From positions 124,001-188,000 of the forward strand of contig JABVCE010000021.1 in assembly GCA_014905635.1 (NCBI GenBank): a stretch of 64,000 bases of DNA, written 5' to 3'. The position numbers were made by a program, and so were the translations under genes. Below the pieces are notes generated by a model. That model was given only the letters and a program-made list of their open reading frames with translations. It did no database searches and was not told the origin of the DNA. The number at the start of each line of letters is the position of its first letter. The first letter of the stretch is position 1. Of this stretch, positions 50,025-64,000 are shown piece by piece. Source of the DNA: Scenedesmus sp. PABB004 (lineage: Eukaryota).

Positions 50025-51718
50025 TCACGCCGCCGGCGCGTCCGCGTCCGCCGCCGCGGCCGCCAGCGCTTGCACGAGGTGCTCCACCACGGCGGCGCCG
50101 GCAAAGTTGACGGGACCGTTGAACTGAATGTTGCAGTGGCTCGAGCCGAGGCAGAGGCGCGGCCAGACGACGTGGAAGTGGCGCCAGCGGCCCACGCCCG
50201 CGAGCGCGGCGAGGCGGCGCCCGACCGCGCCACAGGCGCCGCGCTGCGGCAGGGCCTGCTCCTGCTGCTCCTCCAGCTGCTGCAGCCCCGCCGCCTGGTG
50301 CTGACGCTCGGCCTGCGCGGCGGGGGACGCCGGCGCCGCCGGGGCCGCTGCAGCCGCACCAGGCAGCGGCGCCTCCACAATTTCCGGTCGCTACGCCCAC
50401 AGCGGCGCCGGCGGGAGCCCCGGCTGCCCCGGCTGGCCGGGGAGCTGGTCCGGCGGCAACAGACTGCTGGAGGGCCACGGGATCAGGTGGTCTCCCCCTG
50501 GCCCACGAGCGCGCGGCGGCGCGGGCGCGGGCGGCGGGCGGTGAGCGCCGGCAGGCGCGGCGGCGGCATCCAGCCGCCGTGGGAAAGGGCCGTCACCTGC
50601 CGACGAGTACGTCGCGCGGTAGTGGCAGAGGCGCAGCGCTGACAGGAAGGGGCAGCTCCGCGTGGCGCCGCAGCGCCCGCAGGCCAGCTGCACGTCCGCC
50701 GCGAGGTGGTCCAGCAGCGGCGCCACGACGGCGCGCGCGCTGCCGCCGCGCTCGTCAATGTCGCGCGCGGGCCAGGTGACGACGACGCCGCCGGCCGCCC
50801 CGCCGCCGCCGGCCGCCGGGCCGCCGCCGGCCGCGCCGCAGCTGCACCAGCCGCGCGCGTGCGCCGGCTGCGCGCTGTCGCCGCTCGGTGGCGCCGCGGG
50901 GCCAGCCCACGCGTCGCACGCGAGCAGCTGCAGCACCGACCTGCACGGCGTCCACGGCCACACCCTGGCCGCCGCAGCCGTTGGGGGCGCGCCGCCCGCG
51001 GCGGCCGCGTGCCGCGGCTGTGCGCCGCCGCCGAGGTGGCCCGCGCGTGCCGCGCCCGCCAGCCAGCGCATCCAGGGCCGCACGTGGTGCTCCAGCTGCG
51101 TGGCGGCGGCGGCGGCGGCGGCGGCGGGAAGCGCTCGGCGCTGCCCCCGCGGGCCGGCCGCCCCACGCGCGGCGCGGCGCGCGCCCGCCGCCGTGCGCCG
51201 CGCCTCGTCTGCGTCCGCCGCGTCGCCGCTGCCGGCGACGCCCAGGTGGGGCGCCGCGACGGTGATGAAAGCCACGGGGCGCAGGCCCGCGACCGTGCCG
51301 GCGCCGCCCGGGTCGGCCAGCAGACCCAGCGCGCAGCGCGCGGCCACGCGCCCATGCTGTGCCCCACGAACGAGACCGTCGCGAGCCCCGGCCTGCTTGC
51401 GACCACGGCGGCCACCTCGGACGCGAGCCGCGCGCCGCAGGCGTCGACGCCGTCGCGCGAGCGCGGCCCCGCGTTGGCGCTCGAGACGTGCACGAGGAGC
51501 CGCGCCCCGTGGTGCGCGCGCAGCCGCGCCGCCGCGCGGGCCCAGTCGGACGGCCAGCCCCACAGGCCGTGCACCAGCACCACCAGGTGAGCCGGGGCGG
51601 CCGCCGCTGCTGGCACGGCCGCCGGTGGAGCGGCCGGCGCAGCGGCGGCGGCCGGTGCAGCGGCGACCGGCGCGGCGGCGGCAGCGTCCGGAGCGGCGGC
51701 GGCGGCCGGTGCGGCCAT
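50025..51718 (-). pseudogene. DUF676 (ROG1-like) serine hydrolase with a frameshift and an in-frame stop
   Basis: HLVVLVHGLWG, DGVDACGARLA, SFVGHSMG, then a frame change near 51349 to GVAARCAL...FITVAAPHLG; DHLIPWPSS; TAG at 50393-50391, then same-frame SHCNIQ...GAAVVEHLVQAL. Confidence 0.7.
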
Positions 51719-51894
51719 CGCGGCTGCGGCGATCGCGGCTGCGGCTGTGGGAGCGGCCGGGGGAGCGGCAGACGGGCGTTGTGCAGGCGGGAGGCGGTCG
51801 CGGCACAGCGCTGACGACGCGTCAAACCGAGCTGACAGTGCCGGAGCGACGTGCTGTGACCTCAGCGACGTGCTTCGAGCCATCCAGTGCCGCG

Positions 51895-53772
51895 ATGAGC
51901 AGCAGCAGCACGGAGCCAGCCGCCGCCGCCGGCGCCGGCGCCGGCTCCGCTGCTGCCGGCGCGCGGCCGTTCAGAGTGCGCACCATTACAGCTTTTCTGG
52001 AGCTTCCCGCCGACGAACAGCGTTGGGGGGCGGAGTTGGCCGACGCCGGCGCCTTCCTGGCGCACGCGGCGGCCGCGCTCGCGGCCGAAGGTGCGGCGCT
52101 GGCGGCTGGCTGCCAGCCGGCGCGCGCTGCTGCCGACCAGGCTGGCCGCCAGGCACTCGCCAGCAGCGCGCGCTCGCCCGGTCGCCGCCGCGGCCGGCCG
52201 CAGGCTACGAGGTGCAGACCACGCGCATCGCGACGCAGCCCTTCCCGGACTTCCTCGCCGCGCCGGGCGCGCCGCCGGAGTGCCTCGTCGCCGCGGCGGC
52301 GCGCCTCGAGGCCGCGTGCCGAGCGCACGGCGTGGACCTGGTGTCGATCGGGCCGACCGACCGCCCGGAGCACCTCGAGGCGGCTGCCCTGCCGGCGCTG
52401 CTCGCGGCGACGCGCGGCGTGAGCGCGACCTTTGCGCTGCCGGCGCAGCCCGACCTGGCGCTCTGCGGCCGCGTCGCGGGCGCGGTCATGCAGCTGGCGC
52501 GCCTCACGGGTGCGCGCCGCGGCGCGGGGGGCTGGCGCCGCCGCGGGGCTCACGGCCGCGCGCCGCCGCGCGTGCCGCCGTGCGAGGCGCCGCCTCCACC
52601 TGCCCGCCCGCCCGCCCATCACCTGCGCAGGCGGAATGGGCAACTTTCGCTTCGCCGCCGCGTCGGCCATGCCGCCGGGCGTTCCGTTCTTCCCCGTGGC
52701 GCACGCGGGGCCGGGCCTGCACCGCGCCTTTGCGCTCGGCACCGAGTGCGACGCGCTGCTGCACCGCGCGTGCGCCGCGGCGACGGTGGCGGCCGGCGGC
52801 GGCGGGCCGGCGCCCAACGCGCTGCGCGCGGTGGAGCACGAGCTCGCGGCCGTGCTGACGGCGGCGCTGCAGCCGCTGGAGGCCGCGGCGCGGCGGATCG
52901 AGGCGGGCGCGGCGGGGGGCTTCCGCTACGCCGGCATCGATACCAGCGTCGCACCGGGGCTCGACACGCCGGCGCTGACCGACGCGTTTGCGCTGCTCCT
53001 CGGCCCGGGGCGGCACTTCGGCGGGCCCGGCAGCCTCGCGGTGGGGAAGCGCGCTCGCGCGCCGCGCGCGAGCCGCCGACGGCGCGCGAGCCGCCGACGG
53101 CGCGCGAGCCGCCGGCGGCGCGCGAGCCGCCCGCGGCACACGCCCCGCTGCGCGCCGCCGCGCAGGCGAGCGCTGCAGTCACGCGCGTGCTCAAGGCGCT
53201 GCCGCTGGCGATGACCGGCTACTGCGGCCTGATGCTGGCTGTCTGCGAGGACGCGGTGCGCGGGGCTTGGGGACCGCCGGTTGAGCCCGGCCAGCCGCGT
53301 CAACCGTGCGGCGGCAAGACCGCCCCGCGCGCCCGCGCCCGCGCCGGCGCGCCGCGCCGCGCCGCAGGGCCTCGCCGCGGCCGCGGCGGCCGGGCAGGTG
53401 ACGGTGAGCCAGCTGCTGCAGTACTCGGCCGTGTGCGGCTGCGGGCTCGACACCGTCCCGGTGCCCGGCCCCGCGCTCGGCGGCGGCGGCGCGGCGGCCG
53501 AGGCGGACGCGGCGACCACGGCGGCGATCGCGGGCGTCGTGTGCGACGTCAACGCGCTCGCGCACAGGCGCGTCGCGCGCGCGTCGCGGCGCGGGCGCGC
53601 CGCCGCGCACGCCGCGCACGCCGCCGCCGACTGCAGGCGCCGTGCACGCCGCAGGCTGGGCAAGCCACTCGCGTGCCGCTTGCTGCCGCTGCCGGGGAAG
53701 GCGCCGGGCGACCCCACCGGCTTCGACCACCCCTACATGGTCAACAGCGCCGTGATGGACCTCCAGAGATGA
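51895..53772 (+). CDS. DUF711 / UPF0210-like protein
   Basis: RVRTITAF, YEVQTTRIATQPF, NFRFAA...PFFPVA, GIDTSVAPG, GYCGLMLAVCED, YSAVCGCGLDTVPVPG, KPLACRLLPLPG. Confidence 0.85.
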
Positions 53773-53886
53773 GGCAACGCCGGCGCGGCGGCCGCGCTGC
53801 ACCGCCGCCGCTTGTGCCCCGCCGCGGCCCTCCGCCTGCCCGCGCCGTGATGCGCGACGCGGCGAGCTCGCCCTGTGTGTCACTGA

Positions 53887-56884
<2,998 letters not shown>

Positions 56885-57144
56885 GGCAGACAAGTACATC
56901 ACGTGAGGCCGGCGGCGGCGAGGCGCCACGCATGGGCGGGCTGCTCGCACGCGCGGCGCGAGCGCGGGGCTGCGCCGGGGTCGGCGGGCGCGCTGCTCGC
57001 ACGCGGGCACGGCGCACGGCGCTGGTGCGAGGCGCGCGCGCGGCGGCAGCTGCGGGGCCGCGCAAGCTGCGGGCCAGGGTGCGCACTGCGCGGTGTGCGC
57101 GGCGGGGGGCGGGGGGGGGGGGTAACAGGGCGCGGTGCGACCCT

Positions 57145-58109
57145 CTACACCGCGTCGTCGTCCCCCCCGGCGCCGGCGCTCGCGCGCTGCGCCGCTGCGG
57201 GCTGCGCCGCCAGCTCCTGCAGCAGGCGTTCGTGGCTGACCCAGTTCGGCAGGCAGTCCTGATATTTCCAGGCCGCCTGCCACCTCAGCGGCAACACAAA
57301 GCAGTGCAGGCTGCGGGACGGCGGGCGCGGGCGTGAGGGCCGGGGTCTGGGCCGCGCGCAGACGCGCGCGGCGGCACGTCGGCACGTCGGCGGCGCAGGC
57401 TCACTGCAGGTGGTCCACGCTGCGGAATGGCGGGCGGTGGAACCCAAACTTCAGGCGCGGCCGCCGCTGCTGCTGCTGCTGCTCCTCCTGCGGCGGCGGC
57501 GGCGCCTGCTGCGCCCCGCCGGCCGGCGGGCCCGGCAGCAGCGGCTCCTGCGCGCCGGCCGCGCCGCGCTGCCGCTGCGCCGGCTGCGCCGCCGGCCGCG
57601 GCGCCCCGCCCGCGCGCTCCCGCAGCGCCAGCTGCTCCAGCAGCGCGGCCTCGCCCACGGCGCGCATGTGGCGCAGCAGCGGCGCGTGGGACGCGGCGAG
57701 GGCGTCAACGTTGGCCACGTGCGCGCGCGGGAGCACGAGCAGGTGCAGCGCTGCCGCGGGCCGGATGTCCGGCAGCACCACCACGCGCTCGTCCTGCAAC
57801 CACACACGCGGCGGCGGCGGCGACGTCGAGCTGCGGGCCCCAGGCGCTGGCTGGGGGTCGCGGCGGCGGCGCGCCGCCACCGACCTGGAAGACGACGCGC
57901 GAGGCGGGGCCGCCCGCGCCGCGCGCGATGGCGCAGAAGATGCAGCCCGCCTCTTCATGCCCTGGGGCGACGGGAGCGGCGGCAGGCACCCCCGCGGGTC
58001 GACGCACGGCCGCGCGCGCCAGCGTTTGCGCTGCTGCTGCGCGTGGCGTGCGCGCACCGCGGCCGCCGCCGCCCAAACAGCAGCAGCACCCCCTCCGGCT
58101 TGCTGGCAT
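57145..58109 (-). CDS. HIT-family nucleotide hydrolase (HINT3/HINT4/aprataxin-like)
   Basis: CIFCAIA, DIRPAAALHLLVLPRAH, GFHRPPFRSVDHLH|LHC (triad spliced across the intron near 57309-57404). First exon MPASRRGCCCCL is inferred. Confidence 0.88.
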
Positions 58110-58460
58110 CACAGCACGGGCTGTCGGCCGCGGGTGGGGCAGCTGCGGCGGCGCTCGTGGGGGCGGGCGGAGCATCGGCCGCGCCACGGCGCTGCTGCTG
58201 TCGCGGCGGGTCGTCTGCAGCCGCTGGCCGGGGCCGCAGGCGCTGCTGCTGGGCGAGCAGGAGCTGCCGTCGCTGCAGTGACGGCGGCTGGAGAGCGCTT
58301 TGGCCTACGTCAGCGACGCCCCGTCGCGACCGCGCGGCGGCAGCGCGCGCGCTGCGGGTCATTCCACTGGACCAGCTGGTCAGTCCAGAGCGCCGTTCAG
58401 CGTGCCCCCAGCCACTGCCTGGCACTGTACTGCACCCCTGCGCCTGCGCAGCACGGCGGC

Positions 58461-59925
58461 ATGCCGCCGCCGACCGCGCAGCTGCGAGCTCGGCGGAGGA
58501 GCGCGCTGCAGGTGCTGCTGCTCGCCTCCTCGCTGGCGGTCGCTCGCGGCGACGGCCTGTGCGCGCGCTTCGGGCCGTTCATCGAAGGCGCGGCAGTCGG
58601 CCCGGGCGGCGGCGTGTTCGCCGTCAACGCCGACTTTCAGCGGAATGCCATCGGCCGGCTGGTGGCGGACGGATGCCCAGTCAAGGCGACAGGTGCTGCC
58701 GCAGCTGCCGCCGCCGGTGCCTGCCGCCGCTGCCGCTGCCGGTGCCGCCGCTGCCGCCGCCGGTGCCGCTGGTGCCGCTGCCGCTGCCGGTGCCGCCGCT
58801 GCCGCCGCTGCCGCCGCCGGTGCCGCCGCTGCTGCCGCGCCGGTGCCGCCACCCACCTGCCGGCGGCGCCGCAGTGACCGACCGCCCCGACACGGAGCTC
58901 AACGGCCTGCGCGTGCTGCCGGACGGCCGCATCCTGGCCGCGGACCAGCGCAACTCGCGGCTGGTGCTGGTGGCGGCGGACGGCCGCGGCGCGTCAACAT
59001 ATTGTGAGGGCGGAGGGCTCATCGCGGCGAACGACTTGGCACTCACCAGCCAGGGCCTCGCGTACGTCAGCGGGCAGCGCTGGACGGACACGACGGTCAT
59101 CGGCGACGGCGGCGTCTGGCTGTGCCGGTGCGCGCGCGCGCTGCGCCCGCGCGGCGGCGCCGCGCGCACGGGCCCGGGCCGGCGGCCGGCGCGCCGGCGC
59201 GCCGACGCGCCCCTGCACCGCGGCCAAGCGCCGCAGGGGCCCGGGGCAGCCGGCGCAGCAGCTCGCGGCGCTCGGCCGCACGAACGGCATCGAGGTCAGC
59301 CCCGACGACAAGTGCGCCGCCGCGGCGGCTGAGCGGCGGCGGGAGTCGCGCGCCGCGCAGCGCGCCGCCGCGCCGCCCAGCCGCCCAGCCGCCGCCCAGC
59401 CGCCTCCCGCTTCCCGCGCCGCGCCGCGCCAGGTGGCTGTACGTGTCGGAGGCGTTCAACCGCGGCGGCGCGCCCGTGAGCAACGTCATCTGGCGCTACG
59501 CGCTCGCGCCCGGCGGCGGCCTCGGGCCCCGCAGCCTGCACTTCAACTTCACCGCCGAGGGCAGCGGCGCGGTCGACGTGGACGGCATGCGCGCCGACCG
59601 CTCCGGCGCGCTCTACGTAACGCGCCACCGCGGCGTGCCCGGCGCGCCCGGCGGCGGCGCGGTCGTGGTGCTCTCGCCGGGCGGCGCCGTGGTTGCGCGG
59701 CTGGCGCTGCCCTTTTCGGCGCCGACCAACCTCGAGCTCGGCGGGCCGCGGGGCACGACGCTGTTTGTCGTCGGGCGCTGCGGCGTGGACACGCCCTGGG
59801 GGACCGGCAGCGGCTGCGTCGTGACGTTTGAGCGCGCCACGCCCGGGCGCGCGTGGACGATGCTGCAGGCGGGGCAGCCAAAGCTCCCGGCGCCGGCGCC
59901 GGCGCGCGCGGCGGCGGGGCGGTAG
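58461..59925 (+). CDS. Secreted SMP-30/gluconolactonase-like beta-propeller
   Basis: Signal-like LQVLLLASSLAVARG; FIEGAAV, LNGLRVL, ANDLAL, TNGIEVSPDDK|WLYVSE, VDGMRADRSGALYV, PTNLELGG. Confidence 0.85.
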
Positions 59926-60104
59926 GCGCGCGGCGGCGCCGTGCGGCAGCTGGCGCGGCGGCCCAAACGAACGAGACTGGTGTGACTGTCGGCCCTCTGT
60001 TGCTCACCGCGCTCCGCTGGCAGCACGCGCGCCGGCCGCCCGCCGTCACGCGGCGGCTCGCCGCAGAGCGGCCGCGCGCAGGCAATGATGATCCTGAGGT
60101 CGGG

Positions 60105-63100
60105 TCAGATGACGACCTCGCGGTGCGCTGGCGCGCGAATGTGCCGCATCGTCGCGCCCGGCGGCGTCGGCTTGAACGGCGGCGCGGCGCCAAAGGGCCG
60201 CGGGATGCCCAGGTCGTCCGGGATGTAGGCGTTGGGCCGCGGCGCCGCGGCGCTCGGCGGCCCGCAGGCCTTGGCGTCCAGGATCGCAGCGACCTGCGGC
60301 GGGCGGGCGGCGCGCGGGGCGTCAGGGGAGGGCGCGGCCGGGGCGCGCGCGGCGGGGCCGGCGGCCGCGGCGGCGTGCCGCGCTGCGCTGAGCCGCGCGC
60401 CCACCTGCTCGCGCTGGCGGGCCAGGCCGGCCAGCGTCTCCTCTCGCCGGCAGAGGCTGGCCCACTCCGCCTCCGCCTCGGCCGTGGGCGGCTGCCCCGC
60501 CTCCAGCCGCGCGCGCGCCGCGCCCAGCAGCTCCTCCAGCTGCGCCTTGCTCGCCGCCAGCTTCAGCGCGGTCGCCTGGCGCGCGGCGCGCCCGCGGCCG
60601 CGGCGGCGCCAGGCTCGCGCGGGCCGCCGGGCTGGCAGCGGGCCAGGCCGGCGCGCTGCGCCCTGCACCCTCAACACCCAACCTCGCCCACCTGGAAAAG
60701 GGAGAGCTCGCTGATCGTCGCCATCATGCGCCGCGTCACGCCCCGCAGCCGCGACGCGTAGCCGTTGGCCGCCGCAGCGAGCGCCGAGCCCGCGGCGCGC
60801 CCCGCCGCCGCGCCGCCGCGCAGGCGCTCCGCGAGGCCCGAGACCTCGTCCAGCACCGCGCCGCGCGCCGCGAGCGCGTCGTCCTGCGCGCCCAGGCGCT
60901 CCTCGAGGCTCTGCGGGCGCGCACGCGGGCGGGCGGGCGGGCGCGGCGCGCGCGTCGGGCGCGCCGGCGGAGGCCCGGGGCGCAGCCGCCGGCCGTCGCT
61001 CGGCGCGCGGCGCTCGACGCCCCGCACGCACCTGCAGCTTGGCCCCCAGCTCGTCCTTGCCCGGCACCTTGCCGCCCAGCAGCTTGACGCGCCCCGCGTG
61101 CGCGGGATGGCCGGGCTCCTCCAGCGCGGCGCCCATCGCCGCGGCCGCGGCGCGTGCCTGCGGGACGGCGCGCGGCGGGCGGGCCGGGCCACTCGGCCGC
61201 GCTGTGCGCACGTGCGCGCCCCGGCGTCCGAGGGGCGGCCCGGCGCCCCCAGCGCTGCGCGGCCGCCGCGGCTGCGCCGCTCTGCGCGCACGCGCGCACC
61301 TGCAGCAGCTCCGCCTTGAGCTGCGCGACCTCCACGTCGATGCTGGCGACGTCGGGCATTGCGGTGCGCGCCGTGTGGATGGAGCGCTCCAGCTCCGCCG
61401 CCTGCAGCTGCAGCGCGCGCACCTGCGCGCGGTGTCGCCGCGCGGGCGGATAGGCGCCGGCCGCCGCCGCACCGCGCGCCCGCCCGGGCCCGGGCGGCCC
61501 CCGGTGCCGCCGCCGCCGCCGCCGCGGCCCCCGCCGCGCGTGACGTGGCAGGTGCTCGCCTCGTCGTCGCGCAGGTGCAGCTCCAGCTGCCCCGCCGCGA
61601 GCGCCGCGGCCTGCAGGTGCGCCTTTTCGTGCAGCGCGGCGAGCTCGTCGCTGCGGTCGATCAGCATCACGCCTGGGGGGGGGGGGGGCACACCAGGGCA
61701 GCGGGCGCGCGGGGGCAGCATGGGCGCGCAGGGGCCGCGGGCGAGGGGTGAGGGGCGAGGCGGGTGTGGGCGGCGTGCGGGCGGCCGGCTGCTGGGCTGC
61801 GCCGCGCGCCGCGCCGCGCACCCGTGCTGTTGCGCGCGTGCACAGCCGCCTCGTAGCCGCGCCGGCCCGAGGCCATCGCGCCCTGCGCCGCGCTGACCAG
61901 CCCGCCCAGCACGGCGATCGCCTCCATCTGCCGAGGGCCGGGGGAGCGCGGGCGGGCGGGCCGTGGGCGCGCGCTAGCCGCCGCCTCCGCCACCACCCGC
62001 GTGCCTCCGACCCGGGACGCCCCCTTTCCCCGGCCGCGCCGCGCCTGCTCCTGCAGCGTGTCGTGCCGCGCCTGGAACGTGGCGGCGAGGCCGTGCAGCT
62101 CCCCGTGCAGCGCGTCGCGCTCCTTGACCGCAGCGACGCGCGCGGCGCGCGCCTTGGCCACCAGCTGCGCCTTGTCCGCCGCGCTCGCGCCCAGCACGCC
62201 CTGCTCCGCCGCGAGCAGGCGCAGCCGGTCGCCCATCTCGCGCGCCGCCTGCCCCGCCGTGGCAATTAGCGACACAAACTTGTTGCGCTGGTTGCGCACC
62301 TGCGCCGCGCCGCGCGGCGGCGCACGCGCGCGGCGCCGCGTCGGCGGCAGCCCCCGCGCGCGTGGGAGGGGCGGCCTCGCCGCCGCGCGGCCGCGCCGCC
62401 CGGGCGAGCGCGGGGGCGGGGCAGACGCTGGCCGGGCCGGGCCGGGCCTGCCGCTGCCCCGCGGCCGCACCAGGTCATACAGGTCGCCAAAGTCCCTCGC
62501 CCGCCGCGCGCCCGCCGCCAGCGCGAGCCCCAGGTCCGCCTCCTGCCGCACGCGCAGCTTGGCCGCCGACGCGGCGTGCGCGACGCGGCCGCGCGCCGCC
62601 GCCGCCTGGCGCGCGGCGCGGTCGCGCTGCGCCGCCATGTCGGCCACGAACCGGCTGCGCTGCCGGCCTCGTCCTTGGCGCACGCGAGCTCGCCCTCCAG
62701 CAGCGCAACCTGGTGGTGGGCGCGTCGACGCGGGGCGCGGGCACGCGAGGCGCCGGCGGCCTCTGCGCGGCGGCTCCCAGCCGCCGCCGCTCCCTCAGCC
62801 CCGCGCGGAGGGGCCGCCGCCGCACCTCCTGGCGCATGACGCTGAACAGCTCCGCCTTGTCCTTCCCCAGGCCCTGCTCCCGCACCACCGCCGCGAGCGC
62901 CGCGGCGACGTCGCGGCGCAGGCCCTCGACCTCGCCCGCGAAGCCCGCGCGCGCCGCCTCGGCCACCGCCATGTCCTTGGCGCTCAGCTCCCTGCGCAGA
63001 GGGAGGGCAGAGGGAGGGCAGGGAGGCACGCGCGGGCGCGGCGCGTGAGAGCGGCGGCGGCGGCAGGTCGAGCCGGGGCGCACGTCGGCCCGCGCCCGCC

Positions 63101-64000
63101 CGCGCCGCCCGAGCCGCGGCGCGGCGGCGCACCTCGCAATGCGCAGCGGCGGCAGCTCCTCCCGCGCCGCGGCCAGCGCGTCCTCGGCCGCCTTGAGGCC
63201 CCGCAGCGCAACGAGCTTCTCCTGCCGCGCGCGCGCCAGCGCCTCGCGCAAACCGCGCAGCTCCGAGGCCAGCGCCTGCGGCGGCGGCGGCGGCGGCGGC
63301 GCGGGCCTCGGTGCGCGGGCGCCGGTGGCCGCGCGTCGCTGCGGCTGCAGCTGCGCAACCAGCCGCCCCCCCCCCCCGCCCACGCCCGTCCCGTCCCGCG
63401 CGCACGCGCCTGGGCCCGCATGTCCAGGTCGACATGGTCGGCCAAAATCTTCTCCCGCTCCACGCCCGCCAGCTCGATGTCGCGCGCCACGTCGCCCGCG
63501 TGGCGGTCCTTGGTCTCGGCCATGATGCGGCAGCGCTCCAGCGCCGTGCGCGCCGCGGCGTACTCCATCTAGCGACGGCGCGGCGGTGCGGCGGCGGCGG
63601 CGGCGGCGGTCAGCGAGGAGCGCTGCGCGCGGCCGCGCCGGGCGCCATGCAGCGCCGCCGGGCACCTGGCGCTGCTGCTCGCTGTCGCGCGCGGCGCGCA
63701 GCCCCGCCTCCGCCTCCAGCAGCTTTGCGTCCGCTGCGGCCAGCAGCTGCTGCGCGCCCGCCACCTCCGCGACCGCCAGGTCGGCCTGCCGCCGCGCCCT
63801 GTCCGGCGCCGCCGCGACCGCGGTGAGCCGCCCCGCCTCGGCCTTGCGCTCCGCCTGCAGCGCCGCCAGCGCGGCCTCCGACTGCGGCGCGGCGCGGGCG
63901 CGGCGCGGGCCGGTCGGCGGCGCGCCCGGGGCCGCGCCGCCGCGGGGCGGGCGCGCCGCGCACCTCGGCGAGCCGCGCCGCGGCGCCGCCGAGCTCCTGC
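60105..64000 (-). CDS. CCDC146: CCDC146/MBO2-like flagellar coiled-coil protein, 5' end outside the window
   Basis: LYDL|VRNQRNKFVSLI, GVMLIDRSDELAALHEKA, RRMMATISELSLFQ, and C-terminal RPNAYIPDDLGIPRPFGAAPPFKPTPPGATMRHIR. Confidence 0.85.

Noticed and set aside
50391..50393. TAG codon reassignment
   Set aside because: TAG terminates the DnaJ, P4-ATPase and SMP-30-like genes in this window.
58693..58874. Cys/Arg-rich CRRCRC protein segment
   Set aside because: GCC/GCT-type microsatellite inside the first intron of the SMP-30-like gene.

Overview
Eukaryotic nuclear DNA of roughly 80% GC with many short introns and TGTAA-type poly(A) signals, which fits a chlorophyte green alga (the taxon is inferred). 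Most long ORFs in the supplied track are GC-driven artefacts, so genes were rebuilt by hand from splice sites. Recognisable genes: proteasome alpha-1 (PSMA6/PAA1), a DnaJ protein, a P4-ATPase flippase, RUVBL1, an IAH1-like GDSL esterase, a second SGNH-like esterase, a disrupted DUF676 hydrolase, DUF711, a HIT protein, an SMP-30/gluconolactonase-like protein, CCDC146/MBO2, an mTERF-like protein and two OPR-like proteins. Highlights: (1) a 20-exon gene at 34636-39844 hidden in a 4.6-kb tandem array, encoding a signal peptide plus about 1050 aa of repeated Trp-rich, acidic and Gly-rich modules that each end in an R-x-L-L subtilase-type site, i.e. a candidate secreted multi-peptide precursor, with a small Cys-rich secreted RRLA-propeptide gene about 1.6 kb away; (2) a non-coding region at about 10.7-12.5 kb packed with unrelated long hairpins and bracketed by a 305-bp direct repeat; (3) an inverted duplication giving two unrelated organelle-type genes the same upstream region and N-terminal leader, apparently split by a later inversion; (4) a very high frequency of GC-AG introns.
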